Origin: Candidatus Bathyarchaeia archaeon
Lineage (GTDB): Archaea; Thermoproteota; Bathyarchaeia; TCS64
Length of the DNA stretch: 64,000 nt
Assembly (NCBI GenBank): GCA_050014495.1
Contig: JBEKDF010000003.1
Span: forward strand, 60,905-124,904
Direction of reading: 5' to 3'
Positions 49,469 through 59,900 of this stretch are shown here, piece after piece; the stretch's first letter is position 1; each line of letters starts with the position of its first letter. A program made the translations under genes and the position numbers. The notes under the pieces are model-generated. The model saw only the letters and a program-made list of their open reading frames with translations. It was not told the DNA's origin and made no database searches.

Positions 49469-50794
49469 GTGATGAGTGTCAAGTCACCGCACCAGTATTA
49501 CGATGAGATACTAGATACGTTACAAGAGCATCACAACGCATTCAATAGATACATACCCCTGATAGCGAGTGAGAACGTGCCTAGCCCTGCGGTGCGAGAG
49601 GCGCTTACCACAGACTTCGGCAACAGGTACGCGGAGGGCTGGGTTGGTGATCGCGTATACGCGGGGTGTGAGTATATAGATCGGGTGGAAGGCGCCTGCA
49701 TCGAGCTGGAGAAGAAGCTCTTTGGCGCCGAGTTCGTTGACCCCCGCCCCATATCAGGCGTAATATCAAACCTCGTAGTCTACACAGCCTTTACAGAACC
49801 CGGAGATACTATAATGGCGCTACCAATAACTTGCGGTGGGCACATAACCTACGGGAGGAAGAACCTAGGCGGCACTGCTGGCGCCGTAACTGGCCTCGAA
49901 GTGGAATACCTGCCCCTCGACTATACTGAATTGAATATCGACGTCGACAAGACTGGGCAGAGGTTAGTCAAACTAGTGGAGGAGGGTAAAGCTCCGAAGC
50001 TTGTGATCTTCGGAGGCAGCGTCTTCCTATTTCCCCACCCTGTTAAGGAGCTCGCAAGTGTGTTCCACGACGCTGGTACTATGATCCACTATGATAGTGC
50101 CCATGTCAGCGGGCTCATTGCGGGTAAGAGGTTTCAGGATCCCCTCAGGGAGGGTGTTGACACCGTTACGGTCAGCACTCACAAGACCTTTTTTGGCCCT
50201 CAACATGGAACAGTCCTCAGCTGGGACAAATATGCAGAGCCCATAAAGAAGGCAACACTACCAGGTCTGGTAAGCAATCACCACCTCCATGCCCTTGCGG
50301 GTGTCGCAATAGCTTCGGCTGAGATGCTCCAGTTCGGTGAAGCCTACGCTACGCAGGTCATAAAGAACAGCAAGGCCCTCGGGCAAGCTCTCTATGAGCG
50401 GGGCTTTAAAGTTCTTGCCGAGCACAAAGACTTCACAGAGAGCCACATGCTCCTCATAGACGTAACGAAATACGGTGATGGGGGTACAGTGGAGAAGAGC
50501 CTGGAGAAGGCGGGTATCATAATCAACCGTAACCTACTTCCATGGGATGTAAAGGAGGGGCGCCACTACATGAACCCCGGTGGCATCCGCCTGGGGACTG
50601 CCGAGCTCACCCGCCTAGGCATGGGTGAACAGGAGATGGTGGAGATCGCTGAGTTGATGAAGCGAGTTGTCGTCGATGGAGAAAATCCCAAGAGTGTCAA
50701 AGAGGATTCAGCGAATATTCGCAGTGGATTCGAGCATGTCCACTATTGCTTTGAGAACGCCACCAAGGCCTATCAATACGTCAAGATCAGATAG
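49469..50794 (+). CDS. glyA: Serine hydroxymethyltransferase (archaeal type)
   Basis: LIASEN, RYAEG, GGH, YDSAHVSGLIAG, STHKTFFGPQ, GIRLG. Confidence 0.95.
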   Translation: MMSVKSPHQYYDEILDTLQEHHNAFNRYIPLIASENVPSPAVREALTTDFGNRYAEGWVGDRVYAGCEYIDRVEGACIELEKKLFGAEFVDPRPISGVISNLVVYTAFTEPGDTIMALPITCGGHITYGRKNLGGTAGAVTGLEVEYLPLDYTELNIDVDKTGQRLVKLVEEGKAPKLVIFGGSVFLFPHPVKELASVFHDAGTMIHYDSAHVSGLIAGKRFQDPLREGVDTVTVSTHKTFFGPQHGTVLSWDKYAEPIKKATLPGLVSNHHLHALAGVAIASAEMLQFGEAYATQVIKNSKALGQALYERGFKVLAEHKDFTESHMLLIDVTKYGDGGTVEKSLEKAGIIINRNLLPWDVKEGRHYMNPGGIRLGTAELTRLGMGEQEMVEIAELMKRVVVDGENPKSVKEDSANIRSGFEHVHYCFENATKAYQYVKIR

Positions 50795-50865
50795 GCTCCT
50801 CTGGGAATAGTTTCTTAACATTCGGTCTCGATATTCTAACCTGTTCTATTCAGGAGAAGTATACC

Positions 50866-52014
50866 ATGGATGAAACTATTGTAAGGAGACTCGTCGATGC
50901 AACGGGCTGCTCCGCTTTCCTAGCATTCGGAGCGGATAACTTCCGGTACCTCACTGGTGCCACCCTCCCATTCGCGGAGAACTATCCCGAGAGGCAAGCC
51001 GTGGCTATAATCCCCTCAGAGGGGAACACTTGCGTGGTAGTTACACCCGTCGACTGGCTTCAAGCTGTTAAGGATCAGGAGTGGATGGAGGGAGCTGTCG
51101 CCTATGATGAGAACGAAGGTCCACACCCCGCAGCATTCGTCAAGACCCTCTCCAAGACCCTCACAGAGATGGGGCTGAATAAGGGAAAGTTAGGGTACGA
51201 CGCTGAGCGCACCTCTGCGGGCCTCGTTGAGGCCCTGAGAGCCAGCACGAAAGCGAAACTAACGCCCGTTGACGGCGTTCTCTCCGAGGCGAGGATTACC
51301 AAAACCCCTGCGGAGGTTGCTCTCATTGAGAGTAGCTGTGAGTTCGCCGACAGGGGAATAATCCACGCCTTAAACCACCTCGAGGGAACCCTTTGGGGGC
51401 CTGGTTATACCATACCTGAGTTTGCGGAGCGCGTTAGGGTACATGCCTTCGAGAGCGGGGCTAGTGGTGTGGGCCACATCGCGGTGACGATGGGTGACGA
51501 TACTCGTCTTGAATACACCCCGCATCGCGGCGACGTCGACGAGGACATTCTAATTCGCACCGATATAACAACTAGCAGCATGGGCTACTGGTCGAGCATA
51601 AGCAGGATGGCATACACAGGCTACGCACCCATCGAGGTTGAGGATGCTTACGCTGAGAACCAGGCGCTCAAACTACTTGCGGAGAGCCTCCTCATACCTG
51701 GCACAAGATGCGACAAGATTTACGCCAAGATTAAGTCTGAGGCGGAGAAAGCTGGAGTTAAGCTACATGGCTCAATCATTGGTTATGGAGTTGGCTGCAG
51801 CCACTTCGAGGCTCCTTTTCTCGTCGAAGGATACCCGGAGGAGTTGAAGCCGGGTAACGTTATCGCCCTCGGAGTCTCCACCCTCGGCCCTCGAAGGGAG
51901 ATCTACGTAGACCGCGACGTTTACGAGATCACCAACGAGGGTGCAAGGAAGCTCAGCTGGTACCGCAACTGGGACACAATCTACGAGGTGACCGGCTTCA
52001 GGGCCGTCCACTGA
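50866..52014 (+). CDS. M24/creatinase-fold protein lacking canonical metal ligands (paralog A)
   Basis: NFRYLTG, R.TKTPAE, GYGVG...EAP; the usual His and Glu ligands are replaced. Confidence 0.8.
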   Translation: MDETIVRRLVDATGCSAFLAFGADNFRYLTGATLPFAENYPERQAVAIIPSEGNTCVVVTPVDWLQAVKDQEWMEGAVAYDENEGPHPAAFVKTLSKTLTEMGLNKGKLGYDAERTSAGLVEALRASTKAKLTPVDGVLSEARITKTPAEVALIESSCEFADRGIIHALNHLEGTLWGPGYTIPEFAERVRVHAFESGASGVGHIAVTMGDDTRLEYTPHRGDVDEDILIRTDITTSSMGYWSSISRMAYTGYAPIEVEDAYAENQALKLLAESLLIPGTRCDKIYAKIKSEAEKAGVKLHGSIIGYGVGCSHFEAPFLVEGYPEELKPGNVIALGVSTLGPRREIYVDRDVYEITNEGARKLSWYRNWDTIYEVTGFRAVH

Positions 52015-52019
52015 GGAGG

Positions 52020-53177
52020 ATGAATGAGATGGAACTTTACGAAAAGATTTGCATGGGTGTAAAGGCCTCGACCTTCGATGCCGTCCTCGTGACGGGCTCA
52101 GATAACTTCGCCTATATGGCTGGAGCCTCAATTCCGTTCCTGGTCCTCTACCCCGACTCACCGGTGGCTGTCCTCTGGCCGAGGAGAGGTGACCCGACAA
52201 TTATCACTCCTGAGGAGTGGGAGGAAACTGTGGTAGCTCTAAGCAGTGTCAAAAAGGCAAAAACCTACTCAGGTGGAGTCGACGCTTTCGTCGAAACTGC
52301 CGCCGGACTCCTCAAGAATAAGAAGGAGGCTAGGGTTGGCATCGACCTACTCAGGGTCCCTGAGGCTACGATGGAGCTACTCAGGAAACATCTTCCGAGC
52401 GTCGAATGGGTTAGCTGCGACGGACTCATCCGCGAGTTACGCTCTGTTAAGTCGGATGACGAGCTTGAGTTACTTGAGGACGTCGCCTATAAGGTAGATC
52501 ACGGCATCTTTGGTACACAACACCACGTCCTCATAACGAGTATACGAAGCGAAATGAGCCTGGGCGAGGAGATCAGGGTCCACTGCCTTGAGCGGGGCCT
52601 CGATGTTATCGGTGGACATAGCATAAGTCAGGGAGCGAGCGGCGCTAACGCCACAAAGTTCTGGCCACGTGCCCCCTATTACGGCATAGGTTACGAGAAA
52701 AAACTCGTGCAGGGAGAATTCGTAAGAATGGAGGCACTATACAGCCTCGACAGCTACTGGGGAACTGGAAGCCGACTAATGACGCAGGGATACCCAACAT
52801 TGAAGCAGAGGGAGGCCTACGACCACCTTGTCGCGCTTAGGGAAGCCGCAATAACCAATATGATGCCTGGCACAAAGTGTAGCGAGGTCTACTTGGCGAT
52901 GAAGGCAGCGGCGAAGGATAGAGGAACCAAAATCGTCGAAAAACTCGCCCTTGGTCACGGCATCGGAGTCGCTGATATGGAGGCACCCTACATCTCAGGC
53001 AAGGACGACACAGTTCTGTGCGTGGGGATGGCATTCGTGATCCGCCCCGTCATTGAAGGCCCCGAAGGAGAGCTCCTCTGGAGCAGCGACACAGTCTTCA
53101 TCGAGAAGGACGGACCGCACGTTGTAGGCTGGTATAAGGACTGGCGCGCACCCTACATCGCTAACTACACACTCTAG
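52020..53177 (+). CDS. M24/creatinase-fold protein (paralog B)
   Basis: NFAYMAG, RSVKSDDE, GHGIG...EAP. Confidence 0.8.
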   Translation: MNEMELYEKICMGVKASTFDAVLVTGSDNFAYMAGASIPFLVLYPDSPVAVLWPRRGDPTIITPEEWEETVVALSSVKKAKTYSGGVDAFVETAAGLLKNKKEARVGIDLLRVPEATMELLRKHLPSVEWVSCDGLIRELRSVKSDDELELLEDVAYKVDHGIFGTQHHVLITSIRSEMSLGEEIRVHCLERGLDVIGGHSISQGASGANATKFWPRAPYYGIGYEKKLVQGEFVRMEALYSLDSYWGTGSRLMTQGYPTLKQREAYDHLVALREAAITNMMPGTKCSEVYLAMKAAAKDRGTKIVEKLALGHGIGVADMEAPYISGKDDTVLCVGMAFVIRPVIEGPEGELLWSSDTVFIEKDGPHVVGWYKDWRAPYIANYTL

Positions 53178-53187
53178 GTGCCGAGGT

Positions 53188-54138
53188 GTGTCACTAAGTA
53201 TTGGAGGAATCGAGGTTCCGCCGGGGACCCGCAGCAAAGGCTACATTAGTATATGCGAGGCTTCAACTCATGAGGTTAGGCTCCCTTGGGTGGCTTTCAA
53301 CGGCTTCTTCCCAGGTCCAACTCTTTGCATCCTCGGGGGCGTCCACAGCCTTGAATGCACACCGATCGAAGGGCTCATGAGAATAATTGAGGAACTCGAC
53401 CCCTCCACGATGATGGGTAGGCTCCTCATAGTCCCCGTTGTTAACACAACCGGATTCGAGGCCCGTACCCCCTATGAGAACCCATGGGACCACCTAAACC
53501 AGAATAGGGTCTGGCCCGGTGACCCCGAGGGTCCTCTTACTAAAAGGGTAGCACACACCGTATGGACGGAGTTCCTCAGTAGGGCTGACGCCGTCGTCGA
53601 TGCCCACTCAGCCGACCTCGGCGAGGACGCGACGCGTAGCATCTACATATTCAAAACGGGGGACGAGTCCCTCATGGCTAGGATGCTCGAGATGGCTGGT
53701 TGCTGGGACATTGACTACGTTGAGACCACAGAGATCACTGGGAACACTGGGGAAGTTGTGGCCCGCATAGGAATCCCATGCGTCATGACGGAGGCTGGCG
53801 CACCCTACCCGATAAGAGAGAAGGACGCGTGGTGGTTCGCCAAGGGAGTCTACAACCTCATGCGCCACCTCAGCATACTTCCCGGTGACCCCATAATGAG
53901 AAAGGTGCCCGTCGACCCCGAATCGAGACGCCTCTACGCAGTCCATGGTGGGGTGTGGAGAAAACTTGTGGAGGTTGGAGGCAAGGTAAAGGAAGGGCAG
54001 CTACTCGGCTCCGTCTACAGTCTAGTCGGGGACAACCTCCAAGAGGTAAATGCACCATACGATGGCACGGTCACCTTCTTGCGAACCCACTTTAGCGTCA
54101 ACCAAGGAGACACCCTACTATGGCTCACCCGAGTGTGA
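53188..54138 (+). CDS. Succinylglutamate desuccinylase/aspartoacylase (M14-like) deacylase
   Basis: GGVHSLE, VPVVN, NQNRVWPG, DAHS, TEAG, C-terminal AP.DG barrel motif. Confidence 0.88.
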   Translation: MSLSIGGIEVPPGTRSKGYISICEASTHEVRLPWVAFNGFFPGPTLCILGGVHSLECTPIEGLMRIIEELDPSTMMGRLLIVPVVNTTGFEARTPYENPWDHLNQNRVWPGDPEGPLTKRVAHTVWTEFLSRADAVVDAHSADLGEDATRSIYIFKTGDESLMARMLEMAGCWDIDYVETTEITGNTGEVVARIGIPCVMTEAGAPYPIREKDAWWFAKGVYNLMRHLSILPGDPIMRKVPVDPESRRLYAVHGGVWRKLVEVGGKVKEGQLLGSVYSLVGDNLQEVNAPYDGTVTFLRTHFSVNQGDTLLWLTRV

Positions 54139-54406
54139 TACGGAGCAGCACTCAAACTATCAACTTCTCCCCACCCAGACACTAATCAGCTAAGATCGCG
54201 TATGCATTGACCTTTAATGGTCCTCCAACATTCACCAATCTTTTTCTTCCTAAAACTTTAATAAAGTTAGTAAGTAGGAGAAAGTTTCGCACTAGAAACT
54301 ATTCGAAATATAATTTGAATCTCATTCAAAAAGGAAACGAAGCGACACCTCTTTTATACGGCATGCATAGGTTTGACTTGAGGCGACCCCACGAGGAGTG
54401 CCTATA

Positions 54407-55618
54407 ATGTTCGACTTTCTAACTATAGATGACGTAGACGTGAAGGGGAAGAGTGTCTTCCTCCGTGTGGATATCAACAGCCCCCTTGACCCGGCTTCGA
54501 AGCGGATATTAGACGATGCTAGAATTCGGGCGACTGAGGCAACCCTGAAAGATCTCAGGGAGGCGAAGGTAGTGCTTGGCGCACATCAGAGCCGCCCAGG
54601 TAAATTCGACTTTACTAACCTCGAGGCTCATGCCAGGGTCCTCCAGATGTATAACAATGGGAAAGTGAAGTTCGTAGAGGACATAGACGGCCCTAAGGCT
54701 CAGGAGGCCATTAAGGCTTTGAAGATTGGTGAGGTCCTCGTCCTCAACAACCTCCGTATGCACAAAGATGAGAACCTCGATGCGCCCCCAGAGAAGTTAG
54801 CGGAGACGGAACTTGTCAAAACGCTAGCCCCCTATTTTGATCTATGCGTGAACGATGCCTTCGCAGCTGCCCACCGCGGCTCCGCGAGCCTCACCGCATT
54901 TGGCGAGGTTATGCCCATGGTAGCGGGGCGACTCATGGAGAAGGAGCTCAGCGCCCTCAACAAGGTTATCTACAACCCCGCCCGCCCAACCGTCTATCTG
55001 CTCGGAGGAGCCAAGGTAGATGACCGCCTCCCCGTCATAAACCGCGTCCTAAAGGACAAGATAGCTGACCACATCCTAATCGGGGGCCTAATCAGGGATA
55101 GCTTCCACATGGCTGGAGGCGCAATGCCAGAGAGATATGCATCCCTGAAAGAAGAAGATAAGAAACTCGTCGACGAGGCAGGAACCATTCTTAAAAAATA
55201 CAAAAAGAACATAGAACTCCCCATCGACGTAGCCCTCGACACCAAAGGAGGCCGAATCGAGGTACTCACCACCCAGATAACCGATGAGACGAACATCTAC
55301 GACATCGGCCTAAACACGGTGGCGAAGTTCAGTAAATTCATCAGGGAAGCGGGCACAGTCGTCGCCGAGGGCCCCCTCGGAATGTTTGAACGCCGAGGAT
55401 TCGACGTGGGCACAAAGGAGCTCCTCCGAGTGATGGCGGAGGCACCTGGTTACACCGTCGTCGGCGGAGGTCATATGGGTGGCCTAGCCAGTATGCTCGG
55501 TATTGAGGACAAGATGAAACACGTCAGTACCGGTGGTGGCGCAATGCTAAGCCTCCTTGCAGGGGAGGAGCTCCCAGTAATCGAAGCTATGGCTAAGGCG
55601 AAGAAGCGATGGGGCTAA
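54407..55618 (+). CDS. pgk: Phosphoglycerate kinase
   Basis: RVDINSP, AHQSRPG, NDAFAAAHR, LGGAKV, GPLG.FE, HVSTGGGA. Confidence 0.96.
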   Translation: MFDFLTIDDVDVKGKSVFLRVDINSPLDPASKRILDDARIRATEATLKDLREAKVVLGAHQSRPGKFDFTNLEAHARVLQMYNNGKVKFVEDIDGPKAQEAIKALKIGEVLVLNNLRMHKDENLDAPPEKLAETELVKTLAPYFDLCVNDAFAAAHRGSASLTAFGEVMPMVAGRLMEKELSALNKVIYNPARPTVYLLGGAKVDDRLPVINRVLKDKIADHILIGGLIRDSFHMAGGAMPERYASLKEEDKKLVDEAGTILKKYKKNIELPIDVALDTKGGRIEVLTTQITDETNIYDIGLNTVAKFSKFIREAGTVVAEGPLGMFERRGFDVGTKELLRVMAEAPGYTVVGGGHMGGLASMLGIEDKMKHVSTGGGAMLSLLAGEELPVIEAMAKAKKRWG

Positions 55619-55627
55619 ACCACCCTT

Positions 55628-56137
55628 TTAAATCCGCTTAAGTGCCACGAGCTGCATCTGCGCGTATATTGGCTGCTCCTTAAACCTAATTAGAGGTATA
55701 TAGTTCCAGGGGAGCTTGCTATAGCTACCGAAGAGTCTATCCAACTTTGTCGCAAGGTAGCTCTCACCCAACTCATTAATAGCAATTGTGAGATCATCGA
55801 GAGCTTCGTTGAGCCACCCAGTTCTAATAGGTGTTTGGAGGTTCTGAGCCTGTATTGAGTAACTTATGAGGTCCGGATCTTTGAATTTGGTGAAGACTTG
55901 GTCTCGCCTGTTGACCATGCACTCGAGGGAAAGGCTTGCCTGCTTCTCCGATAGACCAACTTTGCGAGCTATCTGTTTAACTTTGACCGGTTCCCTAATT
56001 GGTGAGATTGAGACCTCGTCTAAGATCCTCCTGGAATATGGACCGAATGGCATCTCATCGAGTTCCGCGGGTGTCATAAGCGTGAAGGAACCTTCGTTAA
56101 GTTTCCTTACTGCCTCGATTCCAATTATTGGTCCCAT
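55628..56137 (-). CDS. Hypothetical protein, possible HTH segment
   Basis: 169-aa ORF with AGGTGA SD; VKQIARKVGLSEKQASLSL. Confidence 0.5.
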   Translation of the reverse strand: MGPIIGIEAVRKLNEGSFTLMTPAELDEMPFGPYSRRILDEVSISPIREPVKVKQIARKVGLSEKQASLSLECMVNRRDQVFTKFKDPDLISYSIQAQNLQTPIRTGWLNEALDDLTIAINELGESYLATKLDRLFGSYSKLPWNYIPLIRFKEQPIYAQMQLVALKRI

Positions 56138-56297
56138 TTTATCTCACCTAGCCTCAATCTAAGGCTTGGTCTCTACCCCGAAGACACCCAATAATGAACT
56201 GGACTTCCTACAATTTTAGCTTCACTATTTTGAAGTCCCCTACGAGCCCTTATTGGGGATAAAGATAAAACAAAGGCGCTACGATTAACCGGGTGCT

Positions 56298-56376
56298 GGG
56301 ATCGTGGTCTAGCTTGGTCTAAGATACGCGGCTTGGGCCCGCGTGGTCCCCGGTTCGAATCCGGGCGGTCCCACCA
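56298..56376 (+). tRNA. tRNA-Pro(TGG), CCA encoded
   Basis: GGGATCG...CGCGG-CTTGGGC-CCGCG...GTTCGAATC...CGGTCCCACCA. Confidence 0.95.
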
Positions 56377-56439
56377 CCTTCATTCATCACAGGTTGATGA
56401 TGATTCGAACATTTTTTTAGTAGCTGGGCACAGAGCCGA

Positions 56440-56784
56440 TTGAGTGATACAATGGAGAAGACTTTGAGTCCATGTGGGTTGGACTGTGGCTCATGTGAAT
56501 GGCATACAGGGGGAAGACAGCCGAGTTGCTCTGGATGCATCGAAATAAAGGGGAAGCCCTTCTGGGGGACATGCCCGACTTACGCTTGTGTCCAGGAGCA
56601 TAAGGAATCGCACTGTGGCTCCTGTGATGAGTTCCCATGTGACAAGTTCGTGGAGATGTTCGACCCGAATGACCCTGAAGGTAAGAGGAGCGCCGTCTAC
56701 AGAGCAGGTATAGAAGCCTACCGTGCAAGGCACGGCGACGAGAAGGCAACTGAGCTGATCAGAAAAACTACCAAGGCCCACTGA
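56440..56784 (+). CDS. DUF3795-like Cys-rich protein
   Basis: PCGLDCGSC, CSGC, CPTYAC, HCGSCDEFPC. Confidence 0.8.
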   Translation: MSDTMEKTLSPCGLDCGSCEWHTGGRQPSCSGCIEIKGKPFWGTCPTYACVQEHKESHCGSCDEFPCDKFVEMFDPNDPEGKRSAVYRAGIEAYRARHGDEKATELIRKTTKAH

Positions 56785-56833
56785 GGCGTCAGCTGAAAAG
56801 TTATATTCACCCCCTACGCCTTTCACTCTGCGC

Positions 56834-56906
56834 GCCGGGTTGGCTGAGCGGTTTAGGCGGCTGCCTGCAGAGCAGCTATACGGGGGTTCGAATCCCTCGC
56901 CCGGCT
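56834..56906 (+). tRNA. tRNA-Cys(GCA), CCA not encoded
   Basis: GCCGGGT...GCTGC-CTGCAGA-GCAGC...GTTCGAATC...GCCCGGCT. Confidence 0.93.
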
Positions 56907-57105
56907 CTTTTATTTAAAACTAAAAGATATGAATCCGTTGGCTGTTTTAACTTAATAACCGTTTTCGTTGCTTCTATATTCTATCATATATCCAGCGTTT
57001 ACTAAATGCGTTTAGATTTATCATAACTTAGTTCGATGTAAAAATCGTGCTCGAGTGGACCGACCATAACTCACCTTCTACTCGATAAAATGCGCGTGCG
57101 CCAAG

Positions 57106-57476
57106 GTGGAGGCTATGATACAGTTGTCCGTGAGTGGCGCTCACGGCCTTGACATAGATGAGAAGAGTGGACTCGCCTACGTCGCATGTGATGGGGGAGC
57201 TGTCATCACAGTTGATCTAGGGAAGAGGAGAGAGTTGGGTAAGGTGGAGATTCTGCCCAATCCTGATGTTGCATGGTTGAATGTTAAGCGAGGATTGCTC
57301 TATTGTGCCAACTCGAAGCCCGGTGTGGTTCAGGTCATTGACGTTAAGAAGATGAGGATAGTGGAGGAAGTACTAACCGAAGAGGGCTGCCATACGATTA
57401 CTTTCCATCAGGAGGCTCAGATTTTACACGCTTCCTCCCCAAGAGCTGCAGGGTAGCCTTCTATCGGGAATCCTAG
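57106..57476 (+). pseudogene. Fragment of YncE/YVTN-like beta-propeller protein, probably 5'-truncated and frameshifted
   Basis: Blade motifs AHGLDID...AYVAC, PDVAW...LLYCAN and GCHTITF. After ~57430 an alternative frame reads FLPKSCRVAFYRES*. Confidence 0.55.
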
Positions 57477-57511
57477 CTGCTCCCTAACTCAGTTGTTTTG
57501 TAAATAGTCAT

Positions 57512-57536
57512 ATAAGTAGATAATCTATCTACATAT
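57512..57536. promoter_or_regulatory. Imperfect palindrome ATAAGTAGAT-N5-ATCTACATAT, candidate operator
   Basis: Read directly; overlaps the TATA region 11 nt upstream of the chrB-like start codon. Confidence 0.5.
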
Positions 57537-57547
57537 TGTGATAAATC

Positions 57548-57997
57548 ATGAAATGGGTAACACGCGCTGGTGCGATGGTTGATAGAATAGCCTGTCCGTG
57601 GCTAATCAACAAGTTCGTGGATTCCCACGCCGAGTTCCTCTATGTCTCCGCTGGCATGGTGAAGGATGTCGTCGACAAGGAGAACGCTATACCGTTCGAC
57701 GCTGAGGGCGTCGAGTTGAATCACTATCAGGAGGATGGCTTCGAACACGTCAGCTTTGACGCCATAATCAAGAAGTATAACCTGAAGGATCCAGCGCTTT
57801 TGGAGTTGGCGAAGATCGTGAGGGGAGCGGATGCATCGAATCCTCACGATGCCCCACCGGAATCGGCAGGTCTCAAGGCGGCTGCTAGGGGTTTCAAGTT
57901 CATGTGCAAGGATGACTACGAGAATATTTTGCATCAGTTTCCAACTTACGACGCATTGTATCTCTACTGTCAGCTGAAGGTGCAAGCAAAGGCATAG
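57548..57997 (+). CDS. Chromate resistance protein ChrB C-terminal-domain (ChrF-like) protein
   Basis: MKWVTR....DRIACPWLI.KFVD..AEFLYV, IPFD, SFDAII, IVRGAD, YDALY. Confidence 0.9.
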   Translation: MKWVTRAGAMVDRIACPWLINKFVDSHAEFLYVSAGMVKDVVDKENAIPFDAEGVELNHYQEDGFEHVSFDAIIKKYNLKDPALLELAKIVRGADASNPHDAPPESAGLKAAARGFKFMCKDDYENILHQFPTYDALYLYCQLKVQAKA

Positions 57998-58037
57998 CGT
58001 GGATAGGTTTTCCGCCAAAATATATAATCTTATGCTG

Positions 58038-59861
58038 TTATTTGTCCGTCTCTAGTGTTAGTGTCTGTGATTTTATCAGTCTAAGATACTTTTCATTCGT
58101 TTTCAGGAGCTTACTGTGTTTTCCAAATGCGACGAGTCGGCCCTCGTCGATTACTATCACCTTGTCGGCGTTCTCACATGTGGAGGCGCGCTGAGTGATT
58201 ATCAACGCGGTTCTGCCCACTAGAAGCCCATCGATAGCCTTACGTATGAGGGTCTCGGTCTCCGCGTCCACATTGCTAGTAGAGTCGTCGAGGATGAGGA
58301 TCGAAGGGTTCATGAGTAATACTCGGGCGATTGCGACCCTCTGTCTCTGGCCCCCGCTGAGAGTGACTCCCCTCTCTCCAACCTCCGTGTCGTATCCCTT
58401 TGGCAGAGAAGCTATGTAGTCGTGGATCTGTGCAATCTTAGCAGCTCCTATGATCTCCGCATCAGTCGCGTCTGGCTTACCGAACATGAGATTTTCCTTG
58501 ATCGTAGTTGAGAATATGTAGATATCCTGAAGAACGATACCAATCTGTCCCCTGAGAGACTTCAGTGACGCTTCCCTGACATCGTAACCATCGACTAGAA
58601 CTGTCCCTTTAGTGGCATCGTAGAATCTGGGAACCATCTCGGTCAGAGCACTCTTACTGGAGCCGACGAAGCCGATGATTGCAACCTTCTCCCCATGTGA
58701 GATCATGAGGTTAATATTCCGTAGGACCTCCGATGTCTCGCCATAGCTGAAGGAGACGTTCCTGAACTCTACCTCGCCCTTTAACCTCGGGAGTTCGATG
58801 GGGTGTTCGGGCTCGGGCACGTCTCTGCCTATGTCGATGACCTCGTAAACGCGACGAGCACTCACCAACCCATCCTGGTACCAATCAATGAGCCTAGCAT
58901 ACATCCTCACAGGCCCAGCCATCTGAGCGAAGTATGAACCGAAGAGCACCAACTCACCCAAGGTAAGACCGCCTCCAGATACCAAGATGCCACCGAACAC
59001 CAGAGCCAAAGCTATACCAACAGCTGTAACTACGGCGCCATTAGACGTGTAGGCCGCCTGAATCTTCAAGGTCTGCAAACTCTTCTCAACGTATCCCTGG
59101 TTCTCCTTTTCAAACCTAGATGCAAAGCTGTCCTCCTGACCGAAGCCCTTTATGAGTTTCTGGGCTGTGATCCCTTCGACCAGAACATCATTGAGGGTGT
59201 CATACTGAGCCTTCGCAGCTAACATGCGGCTTCTGACGCTATTCGTGTAAAACCATGTTGCCAGGAAGATGAAGGGGAGTGGAATCAGGGTTATTATCGT
59301 TAACTCGGTGTTAATGGATAGAAGGATCACAATTGCGATGACCAACTGCACGGTCATTCTGAAACTCTCCCTCACCGTCTCGGAGTAGAAGAGATCGATG
59401 GCATTCATGTCGCTGGTAACTCGACTGACGATCTGGCCGGTCCTGACTTGGCTCAGATAGCTGAACGACTTACTAATGAGGGCTTCATACAGTTGCTTTC
59501 GTAGATCACGGAGGATGTTCTGGCTGAGAATGCCACGGGTGTATCTGTGAATCACCGTTAAAATTGATCTAACGACGGCAATCAGAATCATTAGGCCTAC
59601 AAGGATGATTAGTAGACCGTACCTATCCGTGACACCCGTCCAGTTCTTGATGATTTCGAGGAACCAGTTCATATCTCCGGGAACGGGGACTAGGATGTAG
59701 TCGATGACTAGCAGAACGAGGAGTGGAGTAACTAGGTTGAGTACGCTCCAGATGGATGTGAGATTGATCAAGAAAAAGATGCCCATGTAGGGTTTGATCT
59801 GCCCCAGTAGTCGCTTCGTCAGACTCCCGCTACTGGGGTTATAATCCGTCAAGGCTTGCAT
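58038..59861 (-). CDS. ABC exporter half-transporter (TMD+NBD), degenerate NBD
   Basis: Walker A GFVGSSKS, LSGGQ, Walker B ILDDS, switch TQR. Confidence 0.92.
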   Translation of the reverse strand: MQALTDYNPSSGSLTKRLLGQIKPYMGIFFLINLTSIWSVLNLVTPLLVLLVIDYILVPVPGDMNWFLEIIKNWTGVTDRYGLLIILVGLMILIAVVRSILTVIHRYTRGILSQNILRDLRKQLYEALISKSFSYLSQVRTGQIVSRVTSDMNAIDLFYSETVRESFRMTVQLVIAIVILLSINTELTIITLIPLPFIFLATWFYTNSVRSRMLAAKAQYDTLNDVLVEGITAQKLIKGFGQEDSFASRFEKENQGYVEKSLQTLKIQAAYTSNGAVVTAVGIALALVFGGILVSGGGLTLGELVLFGSYFAQMAGPVRMYARLIDWYQDGLVSARRVYEVIDIGRDVPEPEHPIELPRLKGEVEFRNVSFSYGETSEVLRNINLMISHGEKVAIIGFVGSSKSALTEMVPRFYDATKGTVLVDGYDVREASLKSLRGQIGIVLQDIYIFSTTIKENLMFGKPDATDAEIIGAAKIAQIHDYIASLPKGYDTEVGERGVTLSGGQRQRVAIARVLLMNPSILILDDSTSNVDAETETLIRKAIDGLLVGRTALIITQRASTCENADKVIVIDEGRLVAFGKHSKLLKTNEKYLRLIKSQTLTLETDK

Positions 59862-59900
59862 ATCCTCATTCGTATAAAATAGTTGAAAGGTGGAGCATTA

